Below are positions 10,396-20,669 of a stretch of DNA of 64,000 nt, one piece after another. Under the pieces are notes generated by a model, which was not told the origin of the DNA, made no database searches, and was given only the letters and a program-made list of their open reading frames with translations. Position numbers and translations under genes: made by a program. Position 1 is the stretch's first letter. Every line of letters begins with the position of its first letter. Location of the stretch: positions 3,053 to 67,052 of the forward strand of contig JAMLGU010000013.1 of assembly GCA_023957575.1 (NCBI GenBank), written 5' to 3'. This stretch comes from Chitinophagaceae bacterium (GTDB lineage: Bacteria > Bacteroidota > Bacteroidia > Chitinophagales > Chitinophagaceae).

Positions 10396-12171
10396 ATGAA
10401 TTGGCATTCGCACGAATTTATCTGGCTCGACTGGGTCATTATCATTGCCGGAATCCTTGGCGTGTCTTGGGCTGTTTGGCGTTCTATCGAAAAGGATAAA
10501 CGCAAGCAAAAAGGCGCCGACAGCGAAGACTACCTTTTTGGTAAGGGAGAACCCTGGTACATTATCGGAGCGGCCATTTTTGCCGCAAATATTGGTTCCG
10601 AGCATCTGGTAGGCCTTGCCGGTACAGGCGCTAACGCCGGAGTGGGTATGGCACACTGGGAAATGCAGGGGTGGATGATTCTCATTTTGGGATGGTTGTT
10701 TGTACCCTTTTATCAACTAATGAACACAAAGCTGGGAAAAATCATCACCATGCCCGATTTTTTGAAGACACGTTATACCCATCGTACAGGATCATGGCTG
10801 TCTATAATTACCTTGATAGCCTATGTGCTTACTAAGGTAAGTGTTACCGCTTTTACCGGAGGTATTTTTATGGAGAGTCTGCTGGGTTTGCCATTCTGGT
10901 TTGGAGCCATCGGGTTGATTCTTCTCACCGGCATTTTTACCGTTTTTGGCGGTATGAAGGGAGTGATGACATTGTCAGCCATTCAGACGCCTATACTCAT
11001 TCTCGGTTCTTTTCTGGTGCTGTTTCTTGGTTTGGCAGCGCTTGGCGATGGTAATGTGGGGCATGGGTGGACAGCAATGATGGATTATGCAAGAACCCTA
11101 AATGTTGGAAAAGATGGTGTGGCTTATGGTACCAACCACATGTTCCATTTTGAAACGGGCGATCCGATGTATGATGAATATCCGGGCTTTTGGGTATTTA
11201 TCGGTGCCTCTATAATTGGTTTCTGGTATTGGTGTACCGATCAGCACATTGTACAAAGGGTACTTGGACAAACTAAAGGCGAACCCAATGATGTAGTGAT
11301 GAAACGTGCCCGAAGAGGTACTATTGCAGCGGGATATTTTAAACTATTGCCGGTTTTCATGTTTTTAATTCCGGGTATGATAGCTATTGCATTACAAAAT
11401 AAAGCAGGCTCAGGCTTCGATATGGGATACATAATGAAAGATGGAGCATCTGTTTTGAATACTGATGCAGCTTTTGGATCGATGGTGAAGTTTGTATTGC
11501 CTGCAGGCGTTAAAGGTATTGTTACCATAGGTTTTATTTCTGCGCTGGTGGCATCTTTGGCAGCATTTTTCAATTCATGCGCTACTTTGTTTACCGAAGA
11601 TTTTTATAAACCAAAATTCAAAGGAAAAAGCGAAGCCAGATATGTATTGGTAGGTCGTATTGCTACAATTGTGGTGGTAATATTGGGTATTATCTGGATA
11701 CCGGTTATGATGAGTCTTGGTAGCCTTTATTCTTATCTGCAAGGAATTCAATCTTTACTGGCTCCGGCAATGGTGGCCGTTTTTGTGATGGGAATTTTCT
11801 CCAAAAAAATTACGCCAAAAGCCGGAGAAGCAGGTTTAATAATCGGCTTTCTGATTGGTATGCTTCGTCTGGTAACGAATGTCTTTACGGATACCGGTAA
11901 AAAGGTAATGTCCGGTGGCTTCTGGGATGGCACAGCCTGGTTCTGGAAAACCAACTGGCTGATTTTTGAAATCTGGTTGCTGGTATTTATAATGTTAATG
12001 ATGGTAGCCGTTTCTTTCTTTACGCCCAAGCCCAGCGCCCAACAAATTGATGCCATCACTTTCACCGGTGAGTATAAATCACTCATCAGAAAAAGCTGGA
12101 ACAAATGGGATGTTATCGCCTCTCTTGGCGTGGTAGCCCTCTGTGCTGCTTTTTACTATTATTTCTGGTAA
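10396..12171 (+). CDS. Sodium:solute symporter, probable arabinose permease
   Basis: FAANIGSEHLVGLAG, WCTDQHIVQRVL motifs; many TM segments; last gene of the ara operon. Confidence 0.9.
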   Translation: MNWHSHEFIWLDWVIIIAGILGVSWAVWRSIEKDKRKQKGADSEDYLFGKGEPWYIIGAAIFAANIGSEHLVGLAGTGANAGVGMAHWEMQGWMILILGWLFVPFYQLMNTKLGKIITMPDFLKTRYTHRTGSWLSIITLIAYVLTKVSVTAFTGGIFMESLLGLPFWFGAIGLILLTGIFTVFGGMKGVMTLSAIQTPILILGSFLVLFLGLAALGDGNVGHGWTAMMDYARTLNVGKDGVAYGTNHMFHFETGDPMYDEYPGFWVFIGASIIGFWYWCTDQHIVQRVLGQTKGEPNDVVMKRARRGTIAAGYFKLLPVFMFLIPGMIAIALQNKAGSGFDMGYIMKDGASVLNTDAAFGSMVKFVLPAGVKGIVTIGFISALVASLAAFFNSCATLFTEDFYKPKFKGKSEARYVLVGRIATIVVVILGIIWIPVMMSLGSLYSYLQGIQSLLAPAMVAVFVMGIFSKKITPKAGEAGLIIGFLIGMLRLVTNVFTDTGKKVMSGGFWDGTAWFWKTNWLIFEIWLLVFIMLMMVAVSFFTPKPSAQQIDAITFTGEYKSLIRKSWNKWDVIASLGVVALCAAFYYYFW

Positions 12172-12190
12172 AGTTTTTTTATATATTTCT

Positions 12191-12225
12191 AATCCCCGGG
12201 CATTCCGCTTTGGGGATTTTTTTTT
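12191..12225 (+). terminator. Intrinsic terminator of the ara operon
   Basis: aatcccc...ggggatt stem followed by a long T run. Confidence 0.6.
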
Positions 12226-12511
12226 AGAAAGAAGATTTTTGAATACACTTATTTGGTATAAATTTAAAAATATTCTCAATGACTTATGGTGATGATCTCT
12301 TTTTTTTCTTTAAAGTTATTTAAATAGAAGCATTTTTGCTTATGTAGTAGTTTCGGCGGTAGGATGAATTAACAAGGAAAGATCAGAATAGTAAAAATCT
12401 TAATTATTCCCAAAGCCGCAATATTTTATTTTGTAAAGGAGAGTAAAATACTTATTGAATAATTATTAACCTGAAACCAAACCCACAAGTGCATTTTTAT
12501 CGGCTTTTCTT

Positions 12512-13813
12512 CTAAACCACAGGTAATTTCCATCCGTTTTGATAAACCGGCTTTACTAATTGGGTGGCCTTATCTGAATTGAATTTGTTTTTGGAGGCAT
12601 CCCAATAAATTTTTTCTCCTGCTCGCAGGGCCACATTGCCAAAATGACTAACGATAGCTACTTTTGCACCGGCATCAAATGGGCAATTGAGGTCTTCTTT
12701 CTTACGCGATTTTACTACCTCAATAAAATTAGCTGCATGTAGGTCTAAGCCTCTGTCCACCGATTTTGTCCATAAAACCGCTTCTAATTTGTCCTTTTCA
12801 GGTTTTACCTCCCAGCCGCCTCTGTTTAATAGTAAGGTACCGTTTTCGCCAATAAATGCTATTCCGTGCGACATGTTGTATAGTCCCACGCCGGTAGCCA
12901 TATTGTGCTCCCAGCTCATTTGAAAATTGCCAAAATCATACAATGCCATTTGAATATCGGGTGTTTCGCGTGCATCGGCAGAAAATACATATTTGCCGCC
13001 CGTAGCCATTACCGATTTGGGTGTTCCGGCTTTCATACCCAATAAAACCATATCAATCAGGTGTACACCCCAGTCGGTCATTAGCCCCCCTGCATAATCC
13101 CAGAACCATCTGAACTCATAGTGAAACCTGTTTTTGTTAAAAGGTCTCTTTTTCGCCGGCCCCAGCCACATATCGTAGTTTACCCCGGCCGGAACCGGAC
13201 TGTTTGCTATCACAGGTAATGCAGCGCTTCCTCCCCGGTACATCCAGGTTTTTGTAGAAGAAATTTTGCCTAATTTACCTGAATGAACGTATGCAATTGC
13301 ATCTTTAAAGTGTTGCTGGCTTCGCTGCCACTGTGCCACCTGAACAACTCTGTCATATCGCCTCACTGCTTTATTCATCAACTGTGCTTCAAAAATTGAA
13401 TTAGAAACCGGTTTCTCACAAAAAATATCTTTTCCGGCAGCACAGGCTTCTATCATCTGGAGGCAATGCCAGTGATCGGGTGTGGCTATTACTACTACAT
13501 CTACGTCTTTATCATTCAATAGTTTTCTGTAATCGCCATATATTTTAGGCCGGATATTAAGTTTCTCTAATTCTGCTTTCCGTTGATTTAAAACATTTTC
13601 GTCAATGTCACACAATGCCACACATTCCACTTCAGGTACTTTTAGCAATGCGTTCAAATTGCTCCAACCCTGTCCTCTGCATCCAATTACACCTACTCCT
13701 ATTTTGTCATTGGCAGAAATATTTTTTTTAACAGCTGCCAATAGGTCTGATGACAAAAATGCTCCGGTACCCAGCAGTATTGAGTTTTTTAGAAAATTTC
13801 TACGACTGTTCAT
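12512..13813 (-). CDS. Gfo/Idh/MocA oxidoreductase with Tat signal (start re-called to ATG 13813)
   Basis: SRRNFLK Tat motif, GVIGC.GQG, ATPDHWH, CEKP, DWGVHLID. Confidence 0.9.
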   Translation of the reverse strand: MNSRRNFLKNSILLGTGAFLSSDLLAAVKKNISANDKIGVGVIGCRGQGWSNLNALLKVPEVECVALCDIDENVLNQRKAELEKLNIRPKIYGDYRKLLNDKDVDVVVIATPDHWHCLQMIEACAAGKDIFCEKPVSNSIFEAQLMNKAVRRYDRVVQVAQWQRSQQHFKDAIAYVHSGKLGKISSTKTWMYRGGSAALPVIANSPVPAGVNYDMWLGPAKKRPFNKNRFHYEFRWFWDYAGGLMTDWGVHLIDMVLLGMKAGTPKSVMATGGKYVFSADARETPDIQMALYDFGNFQMSWEHNMATGVGLYNMSHGIAFIGENGTLLLNRGGWEVKPEKDKLEAVLWTKSVDRGLDLHAANFIEVVKSRKKEDLNCPFDAGAKVAIVSHFGNVALRAGEKIYWDASKNKFNSDKATQLVKPVYQNGWKLPVV

Positions 13814-13865
13814 CTGGCTTATTTTAGTATTTAAATTTTTAACAACCAAATATTAGAATAACCGT

Positions 13866-15104
13866 TTATCTAATATGACCTTTCCCCTCTACAATCCATT
13901 TTTCGGTTACTAATTTTTCGAGTGCAAATGGCCCGCGGGCATGCAGCTTTTGTGTAGAAATGCCAATTTCGGCACCCAAACCAAACTCTTCTCCATCTGT
14001 AAATCGAGTAGAAGCATTAGTATAAACAGCCGCAGCATCCACTTCTGTTACAAACCTTTCGCAGGCTTTTTTATTGGAAGAAACGATTGCTTCTGAATGT
14101 TTGGTAGAGTGTTTTGCGATATGGTTGAGCGCCTCATCAATACCTTTTACCGTTTTTATTGCACATTTTAAGGAAAGAAACTCCCTGCCAAAATCTTCGG
14201 CTTTTGCTTTTTGGAGGTAGGGATAATCTTTGAGCAGTTTATGAGCAGTTGCATCTGCAAAAATTTCTACTTTAAATTTTTCAAATTCTTCTGATAGTTG
14301 TGGTAAAAACTGTGAGGCAATTGCTTCATCAACCAGTATGGCATCAGCAGCATTGCAAACCGATGGCCGGCTCACTTTTGCATTTACCGAAATATTTACG
14401 GCATCTTTGAGATTGGCTGTTTTCTCCACATACACATGGCAAACACCTGCACCGGTTTCAATTACAGGCACCAGACTGTTTTGACGAACAAAACTGATTA
14501 GTCCATCGGAGCCGCGTGGTATCAGCACATCTAAGTATTTGGTGGCAGTAAACATCCCCTGCACTACTTCTCTCTGCGGCGGCAGCAGACTAACAGTAGC
14601 TGCATCGAGTCCATATTCTTTGAGAACTTTTTGAATAATGTTGACCGAAACTCTATTGGTATGTTCCGCATCGCTGCTGCCTTTAAGCACACAGGCATTT
14701 CTACTGCGCAAGCAAAGCGCGGCGATATCGTAAGTAACATTCGGTCTGCTTTCGTAAATAGCGCCTACTACACCAAGAGGCACCGAAACCTTTTTCAGTT
14801 TTAGTCCATTGGGTAAAGTGCGCGCTGCCAGTACTTCGCCGGTGGGGTCGGGGAGGGCAGCCACTTTTTTTATGCTGCCTGCTATTCCTTTCAAACGTTG
14901 GGCGTTCAGCATGAGCCGGTCATTTTTGGGGTCATCGGGGTTTTTGGCAGCCAAATCTTTATGATTTGCTTTTATAATGGCAGCTTCATTCTTTATGATC
15001 GCTTCTGCCAATGATCTCAATAACTTTTTCAATTGCTTTTCGGGTAACTGTTGAAGTGCAGTTTTTGCTTTATTAGCTTTCTTTAATATGTTCTCTATTG
15101 CCAT
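13866..15104 (-). CDS. proA: Glutamate-5-semialdehyde dehydrogenase
   Basis: VPLGVVGAIYESRPNVT, IPRG, CNAAD, VYTNASTRFTDG, GISTQKLHARGP. Confidence 0.97.
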   Translation of the reverse strand: MAIENILKKANKAKTALQQLPEKQLKKLLRSLAEAIIKNEAAIIKANHKDLAAKNPDDPKNDRLMLNAQRLKGIAGSIKKVAALPDPTGEVLAARTLPNGLKLKKVSVPLGVVGAIYESRPNVTYDIAALCLRSRNACVLKGSSDAEHTNRVSVNIIQKVLKEYGLDAATVSLLPPQREVVQGMFTATKYLDVLIPRGSDGLISFVRQNSLVPVIETGAGVCHVYVEKTANLKDAVNISVNAKVSRPSVCNAADAILVDEAIASQFLPQLSEEFEKFKVEIFADATAHKLLKDYPYLQKAKAEDFGREFLSLKCAIKTVKGIDEALNHIAKHSTKHSEAIVSSNKKACERFVTEVDAAAVYTNASTRFTDGEEFGLGAEIGISTQKLHARGPFALEKLVTEKWIVEGKGHIR

Positions 15105-15239
15105 GACTAAAATACAGATGTATGTAAAATTGAAGGGTTTAAGGTAGTATATTTTTTCGATATTTTATGATATTTTGTACTCCTAATCGTTTTTACCAAA
15201 GATTATTGAATTTATCGAAAAGATATTGTATTATTTTTC

Positions 15240-16640
15240 CACTACCATCCGGAAGTTAAAAAAAGAAAATAGCCCATATTATCTTTGAGGTGACAAAATT
15301 TCATAAATATATGGGACTATTTACTCGTAATAAAAGTAACAAGAAGCCAATTATAAAACAAATTTTAGAGCTTATTCCTAATTCTATTTTGCAAAGCAGT
15401 ATAGCTAAACATAAAAGTGATAAATTCTGTAGTAAATATAAGACTTACGATCAACTGGTCTCTCAAATGTTCGGACAGCTGAATAAATGCCTGACTTTAA
15501 GCGATATAAGTACCGCCATTGCTGTAAACACCACCTTTATTGGAGACTTAGGATTACAACAAAGCCCCGCCAGAAGTACGATGAGTGACGGCAATGCAAA
15601 ACGAAGCTGGAAGGTATTTGAAACGATGTATTACAAATTGCTCTCTCATTATAGCAATCTGTTACTGAGACATGGTAAAGCAATGGATATAGAAGAGATA
15701 AAAGGTAAAGTGATTAAGATAATAGACAGCACCACTATCAGCTTATGTTTGAGCTTATTTGAATGGGCGAAGTTCCGGACAGCTAAAGGAGGCATAAAAA
15801 TACATACCTGTTTGGATCATGCGCTTATGCTTCCTGATCTGGTAAATATAGGCGAAGCGGCTGTGCATGATAAACGCGGTCATCCGCAAACAGTATTTGC
15901 ACCGGGAACTATTATTGTAGAAGATAAAGGCTATTTTGATTTCAGTTTAATGATGCAACGCATTAATGCTGATAACGTATTTGTAACCAGAATAAAAGAC
16001 AATACAGTATATGAAAGCATTTGTGAAAAAGAATTACCGGTTGATAAAGACCAGCATATACTTAAGGATGAATTAATCCGGCTTACCGGCAAAAAGGCCA
16101 TCGAAGTAGGCATTGACCAGGTAACGTTACGCCGGATAGTAGTGTATGATAGTGAAAAAGATGTTCAGTTAGAAATTATTACCCAGGAATTGAGATGGGC
16201 AGCATCTACCATTGCAGCCTTATACAAAGCCAGATGGGATGTTGAAATATTTTTTAAGCAACTAAAGCAAAATTTACTGGTAAAAACATTTACAGGCACA
16301 AGCGAAAACGCTGTAAAATCTCAGATTTATATAGCGCTCATTACCTATCTTTTATTAGAATTGATAAAGCGCTGTATCGCAAAAGGCGCACAGGCATTTA
16401 GTAATCTGTGTGAAAAAATCCGTTTTTGCTTAACCTATTACCACAGCCTTGATTATGTATGCAACCAAATAAAAGAAGGCGCAGTAAAAGCAAGAGGAAA
16501 ACCAAATAAGCCAAATTGTCAGAAATCATTTAATTTTTAATAACGGACTTTTATTCCGAGAAATCAGTTTACAAATACAGTAAAATCAATACTTTCGTTG
16601 GGTCAAATCATCCTTTTTTGAAAAAGTTCGGATCGCAGTG
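15240..16640 (+). mobile_element. IS4-family insertion sequence (~1.4 kb)
   Basis: Imperfect TIRs cactaccatccg (15240) and cactgcgatccg (reverse complement ending 16640); flanks ttatttttc and ttatttttt form a 9-bp TSD with one mismatch; one transposase ORF. Confidence 0.85.
15311..16540 (+). CDS. IS4-family DDE transposase (DUF4372-type N-terminus)
   Basis: IIDSTTI, GGIKIH, EDKGYFDF, FVTRIK, LYKARWDVEIFFKQLKQ. Confidence 0.92.
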   Translation: MGLFTRNKSNKKPIIKQILELIPNSILQSSIAKHKSDKFCSKYKTYDQLVSQMFGQLNKCLTLSDISTAIAVNTTFIGDLGLQQSPARSTMSDGNAKRSWKVFETMYYKLLSHYSNLLLRHGKAMDIEEIKGKVIKIIDSTTISLCLSLFEWAKFRTAKGGIKIHTCLDHALMLPDLVNIGEAAVHDKRGHPQTVFAPGTIIVEDKGYFDFSLMMQRINADNVFVTRIKDNTVYESICEKELPVDKDQHILKDELIRLTGKKAIEVGIDQVTLRRIVVYDSEKDVQLEIITQELRWAASTIAALYKARWDVEIFFKQLKQNLLVKTFTGTSENAVKSQIYIALITYLLLELIKRCIAKGAQAFSNLCEKIRFCLTYYHSLDYVCNQIKEGAVKARGKPNKPNCQKSFNF

Positions 16641-16682
16641 TTATTTTTTTAATTTATATATCTTCAATAATTGTTATGATAG

Positions 16683-17192
16683 TTACCAATTTTTCAATCT
16701 TTTTTCGATTTCTTCAATTAATTTTTGGTTGTTTCGAAAAATGAAATTAGAAGCTACAAGTTGATTTAATTTTGCCTTCGCTTCCTTCGAAGTTAATACT
16801 GTAGTTTCAACGAATTTATCAAAAATCCAAATCATACCGTGGTGTTCAATTTCTTTATTTTTGGCACAATTCCGAAGTGTTTTATCGCTACTTAAAACAC
16901 AAGCATTTATTTTGTTGGCAACGTGTAGTACCGATTTGTCTGCTTCCGATAAAGATTTTGGGTAATTCTCATTATAAATTTCAATGAAATCTTGTTCCTG
17001 TAAATTATGTACAGAAAGCATACCAACTGATTGATAGGCCTGAAGCACTTCTTGTTGTTCGGAATACAATTCGTACAGAACAGCAGAGGTTGTATGTATT
17101 TCCAATTCAAGATTGAAGAACGATTTTGTTAATCCTAAATCATACAAATCAATAAAAATGTTAGCATCTGTTACGGCAACTCTTACTTTCAT
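16683..17192 (-). CDS. PIN-domain ribonuclease (DUF3368/COG2405-like)
   Basis: VTDANIFIDL, TSAVLYEL, LSEADKS, LSSDKTLR carry the four PIN acidic positions; C-terminal GMIWIF...A...L. Confidence 0.75.
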   Translation of the reverse strand: MKVRVAVTDANIFIDLYDLGLTKSFFNLELEIHTTSAVLYELYSEQQEVLQAYQSVGMLSVHNLQEQDFIEIYNENYPKSLSEADKSVLHVANKINACVLSSDKTLRNCAKNKEIEHHGMIWIFDKFVETTVLTSKEAKAKLNQLVASNFIFRNNQKLIEEIEKRLKNW

Positions 17193-17215
17193 AGCTTACA
17201 TAGAGAATTATGAAA

Positions 17216-18280
17216 TTAAAACGCCATTTGATGTTCTTTTCTAAAATCTGCCAAAGTTTGATTATTCAGTGATGCTGCTTTGGACATTGAAATTTGGTCT
17301 TCAATTAGCGCACGGAATAAAAGTTGCTTAAAACGGTTTGATTCTTCTGCTCCATTATATTCAATAGGTTCATCAACCTTCCAATTCATCTGTTTAATTA
17401 AAAAAAAGAATTGTTTGGTGTAGTGTTCGTTGATAATGCCGCAGTCTTTGGCTCTTATAACTATTGCTTGCATAGAGATACCATACTGTTTTTTGATATT
17501 GCCTAACTCGTTAATTGAAAGTTTGTTTCGATGGTCGCCTAATTCTGCTCTAAGAGTTTTTTCGGGTAATAGCATTGCACCTGCAAATTGATGACATAAA
17601 GTTTCTTTTTGTCTTTCAGTTATATCGCCAAACTTCAAAAGTAAGTGAGCTAATTCGTGCAACAAAGTAAAACGTATTCTATCGGGCTTATTTATCTTGT
17701 TAGCATTAAATACCACTACAGGAATAGTACCGTTTACACGAGTTTGCAAGCCATCAAAGTCCTCATTTACTCTTAAATCAACAACCTTAATATTTTTATC
17801 TTCCAAAAGTTCAACGATATTGAAAATAGGGCCATAGCCCAAACCCCATTTTTCTCTTAAAAGCTCGGCTGCTTCATTTACTTGTTTGTATTCGGTTATA
17901 ATTTCAAAGTCTTTTAAGTAATCTTCAAACTCATTAGATAAGCCCAAAATTTCTTCTAATTCCAAATAACGTGATAGTTTTTCTTTAGTGATTTCTTTGA
18001 TAATTGAAGCCTCTTTTTGTGGCATTTTACTCAATTTACGAAACTCTACTTCGTCTAACTCCACTTTGGTACTTCGAAAAAAGTAATCGGGATTTACGTT
18101 TAATGCTTTACTTAATAAGTTGATTTTTTCAGTATCGGGGATCACTTCTCCCTTCTCGTAACGGTGTAATGCTTGACGAGACACTTGATTATCTATAGCA
18201 TTAGCCAAATCTTGCAATGAAAAGCCTTTCATTAAACGGGCTGACCTAAAGCGTTCCGAAAAAATCTTTTTTATTTCCAT
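17216..18280 (-). CDS. XRE-HTH plus ImmA/IrrE (M78) Zn-metallopeptidase protein
   Basis: N-terminal HTH (SLQDLAN..VSRQALHRYEKGEVIP); RFTLLHELAH and CHQFAGAMLLP. Confidence 0.88.
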   Translation of the reverse strand: MEIKKIFSERFRSARLMKGFSLQDLANAIDNQVSRQALHRYEKGEVIPDTEKINLLSKALNVNPDYFFRSTKVELDEVEFRKLSKMPQKEASIIKEITKEKLSRYLELEEILGLSNEFEDYLKDFEIITEYKQVNEAAELLREKWGLGYGPIFNIVELLEDKNIKVVDLRVNEDFDGLQTRVNGTIPVVVFNANKINKPDRIRFTLLHELAHLLLKFGDITERQKETLCHQFAGAMLLPEKTLRAELGDHRNKLSINELGNIKKQYGISMQAIVIRAKDCGIINEHYTKQFFFLIKQMNWKVDEPIEYNGAEESNRFKQLLFRALIEDQISMSKAASLNNQTLADFRKEHQMAF

Positions 18281-18292
18281 TTTTATTTTAAA

Positions 18293-18323
18293 GTAAACTG
18301 CAAATGTAATATTTATAGTTTAC
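18293..18323. promoter_or_regulatory. Inverted repeat bracketing a -7 promoter box; candidate autoregulatory operator
   Basis: GTAAACT-N17-AGTTTAC around TACATTTG (minus strand, 18301-18308), 12 nt upstream of the XRE-IrrE start. Confidence 0.45.
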
Positions 18324-18596
18324 AAATATACAACAATAGCCCTACTGTTTCAAACCTTTTTGTTAACTATGACATAATTTCATACTCACAAGATTACGGC
18401 TAATTGACAATTATGCCGAATTTCACCAAAATCTGACAGTTTACAATATATGATTGACAAATATATTTAAAATGACAGTTTTGTAACGTTTTGGAATATT
18501 TTTCAGACTGAAATGAATATTATTTATATTGGCTGTTGCAAAAGGATTGAATCCGTTTTGAATTTATTGAATTATTGAAATTTATATTTCAATGCT

Positions 18597-19433
18597 TTAG
18601 GGCAAATCAATATTTTCAAGCTTGAAAGGCAGCTTTTTTACGGATTTTGGCGTTTCTACAACGAGTACTAATTTCCAGTCCGGCTTTGGTTTTTCTTCAA
18701 AACTGTAAGAAATCAGGTTGTTCATTCTTGAGCGACCATTGCGTTCGATTTTTTTCCCTTTTGCGTCTTCAAAATACAAATCAGCGAGTTTGGACTGATC
18801 TCCACTGACGTAAAAAGAAACTTCGTTGGGGCTATTTCCCATAAAAGAAAAACTGTCAAAAATTGAAATCAGACCCTCAGCCAATTTCCGGGTTGCTTCC
18901 GGAAGTTTTTTCAACTCTTCCTCCTTTTTGGCATTCTGTTCAGCAGACAATTTCTCCATGGATTCCTTTGTAAGGTAAACCAATTGGAGGTCTGATGAAG
19001 CAGGCAGTAAATTGACATTGGTTTTCGATTGATAATTTGCAATTTTAATAATGGAGCCATTAGCCGTAGTCGGATTAAAAAGTATTAGTTCTCCCGAAAT
19101 TTCCCTTAAAACAGAAGCTTTTCTGGCAGGTATTTTGGTTTCAAATTTTAATATGGCATCTTTATCAATTTTTTCATAATCGTAGTCTTTATCTTCTTCG
19201 CTCAATAAATCAAGCTCCTGGTCATCAGTAACTTTCAGAATTTTGGAGATTTTCACAAATTGGTACTTTCTCAAATCATCGCCCCATACTTTCAATTCTA
19301 CCTCGCATTTGTTGTCAAAAATATCTTTGCCTGTTGAGCGTCTTTCTGTTATTTTACTTACTGAAACTTTTTGAGCAAAGGAAAATATACTCATTAATAA
19401 AAATGAAGTAATCAATAAATAATTAATTTTCAT
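18597..19433 (-). CDS. Hypothetical secreted protein
   Basis: 278-aa ORF with a Sec-type signal peptide (MKINYLLITSFLLMSIFSFA); no family recognised. Confidence 0.75.
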   Translation of the reverse strand: MKINYLLITSFLLMSIFSFAQKVSVSKITERRSTGKDIFDNKCEVELKVWGDDLRKYQFVKISKILKVTDDQELDLLSEEDKDYDYEKIDKDAILKFETKIPARKASVLREISGELILFNPTTANGSIIKIANYQSKTNVNLLPASSDLQLVYLTKESMEKLSAEQNAKKEEELKKLPEATRKLAEGLISIFDSFSFMGNSPNEVSFYVSGDQSKLADLYFEDAKGKKIERNGRSRMNNLISYSFEEKPKPDWKLVLVVETPKSVKKLPFKLENIDLP

Positions 19434-19656
19434 GACTGTGTTTGTTATAGTTAAATGAAATTATTCCTACGAATTTAAAATTGCAAAATTTATTATTCAG
19501 AGTTTTTGGCTATAGTGTAAGCGGCATTTTAATGTTTTAAATTGTCCGGATTTGTTTATTTCATCAAATATTTCAATAATGTAAAAATCGTCCGATATTT
19601 TTACCAAAGTTAGTCATATTATTTAAAAACAGAAAGATCGCAACGATTCCTCGTAT

Positions 19657-20649
19657 TTACACAATCACCACTTTTTCATCCAATGGCTGCCCCGATTCGA
19701 TAGCTGTGAGGCTGTTGAGTGTGGTAACCGCTATTTGTTCCAATGCCTCTTTGGTAAAAAATCCCTGATGGCCGGTGATGATGACATTAGGAAAAGTCAG
19801 CAATCTGGAAATGGTATCGTCTTCAATAATGCTTTCAGACAGATCGCGAAAGAAAATACCTGCCTCCTGTTCGTAAACGTCAATTCCCAGATAGCCCAGA
19901 TGCCTTGCCTTCAGCGATTCTATCACATCCTGAGTGTTGAGCAAACCGCCGCGACTGGTATTGATAAGCATAGCACACTGTTTCATTTTTGTAAGGCTGT
20001 CTTTATTTATCAGATGGTGGGTTTCGGGCAAAAGCGGACAGTGGAGCGACAAAATATCGCTTTGCATCAGCACTTCATCTAAAGGAAGATAATTGACGCC
20101 TTTTTGTTTTAGCACTTCCTGTTCAAAAATATCGTGCGCCAGTACCTGGCAGCCAAATCCCAGCATGATCTCACAAAATGCTTTTCCGATTAGTCCGGTG
20201 CCAATAACGCCAATGGTTTTGCCATACAGATTGAAGCCGGTCAGGTTTTCGATGGAGAAATTGTTTTCTCTCACCCGGTTGTATGCTTTATGTATTTTTC
20301 GGTTGAGAGTCAGGATAAGCGCAACTGCATGTTCAGCCACTGCCTGAGGCGAGTAGGCAGGCACCCTCACCACCCTGATGCCCGATTTTCGGGCAACTTC
20401 AAGGTTCAGGTTGTTGTAGCCGGCGCATCTGAAAGCGATGGCTTTAATATTTAGTTTTTCCAAAGCAGCAATGGCAGTGGAGTTGACTTTATCATTCACA
20501 AAAACACACACGGCGTCAAACCCTTCTGCCAGAATCGCATTGCGGGAATTGAGCTGTTCTTCAAAAAACTCCAACTCATGTCTGCCGTTATTCACTGCTT
20601 CAAAAGAAGCTCTATCATAATTTTTTGTACTGAAAAATGCAATTTTCAC
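19657..20649 (-). CDS. ldhA: D-lactate dehydrogenase (D-2-hydroxyacid dehydrogenase)
   Basis: RCAGYNN, RVPAYSP.AVAEH, GVIGTG.IG, LHCPL, INTSRG, DVYEQE, ITGHQGFFT. Confidence 0.92.
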   Translation of the reverse strand: MKIAFFSTKNYDRASFEAVNNGRHELEFFEEQLNSRNAILAEGFDAVCVFVNDKVNSTAIAALEKLNIKAIAFRCAGYNNLNLEVARKSGIRVVRVPAYSPQAVAEHAVALILTLNRKIHKAYNRVRENNFSIENLTGFNLYGKTIGVIGTGLIGKAFCEIMLGFGCQVLAHDIFEQEVLKQKGVNYLPLDEVLMQSDILSLHCPLLPETHHLINKDSLTKMKQCAMLINTSRGGLLNTQDVIESLKARHLGYLGIDVYEQEAGIFFRDLSESIIEDDTISRLLTFPNVIITGHQGFFTKEALEQIAVTTLNSLTAIESGQPLDEKVVIV

Positions 20650-20669
20650 CTTGTTGTTTTTGATTCAGA

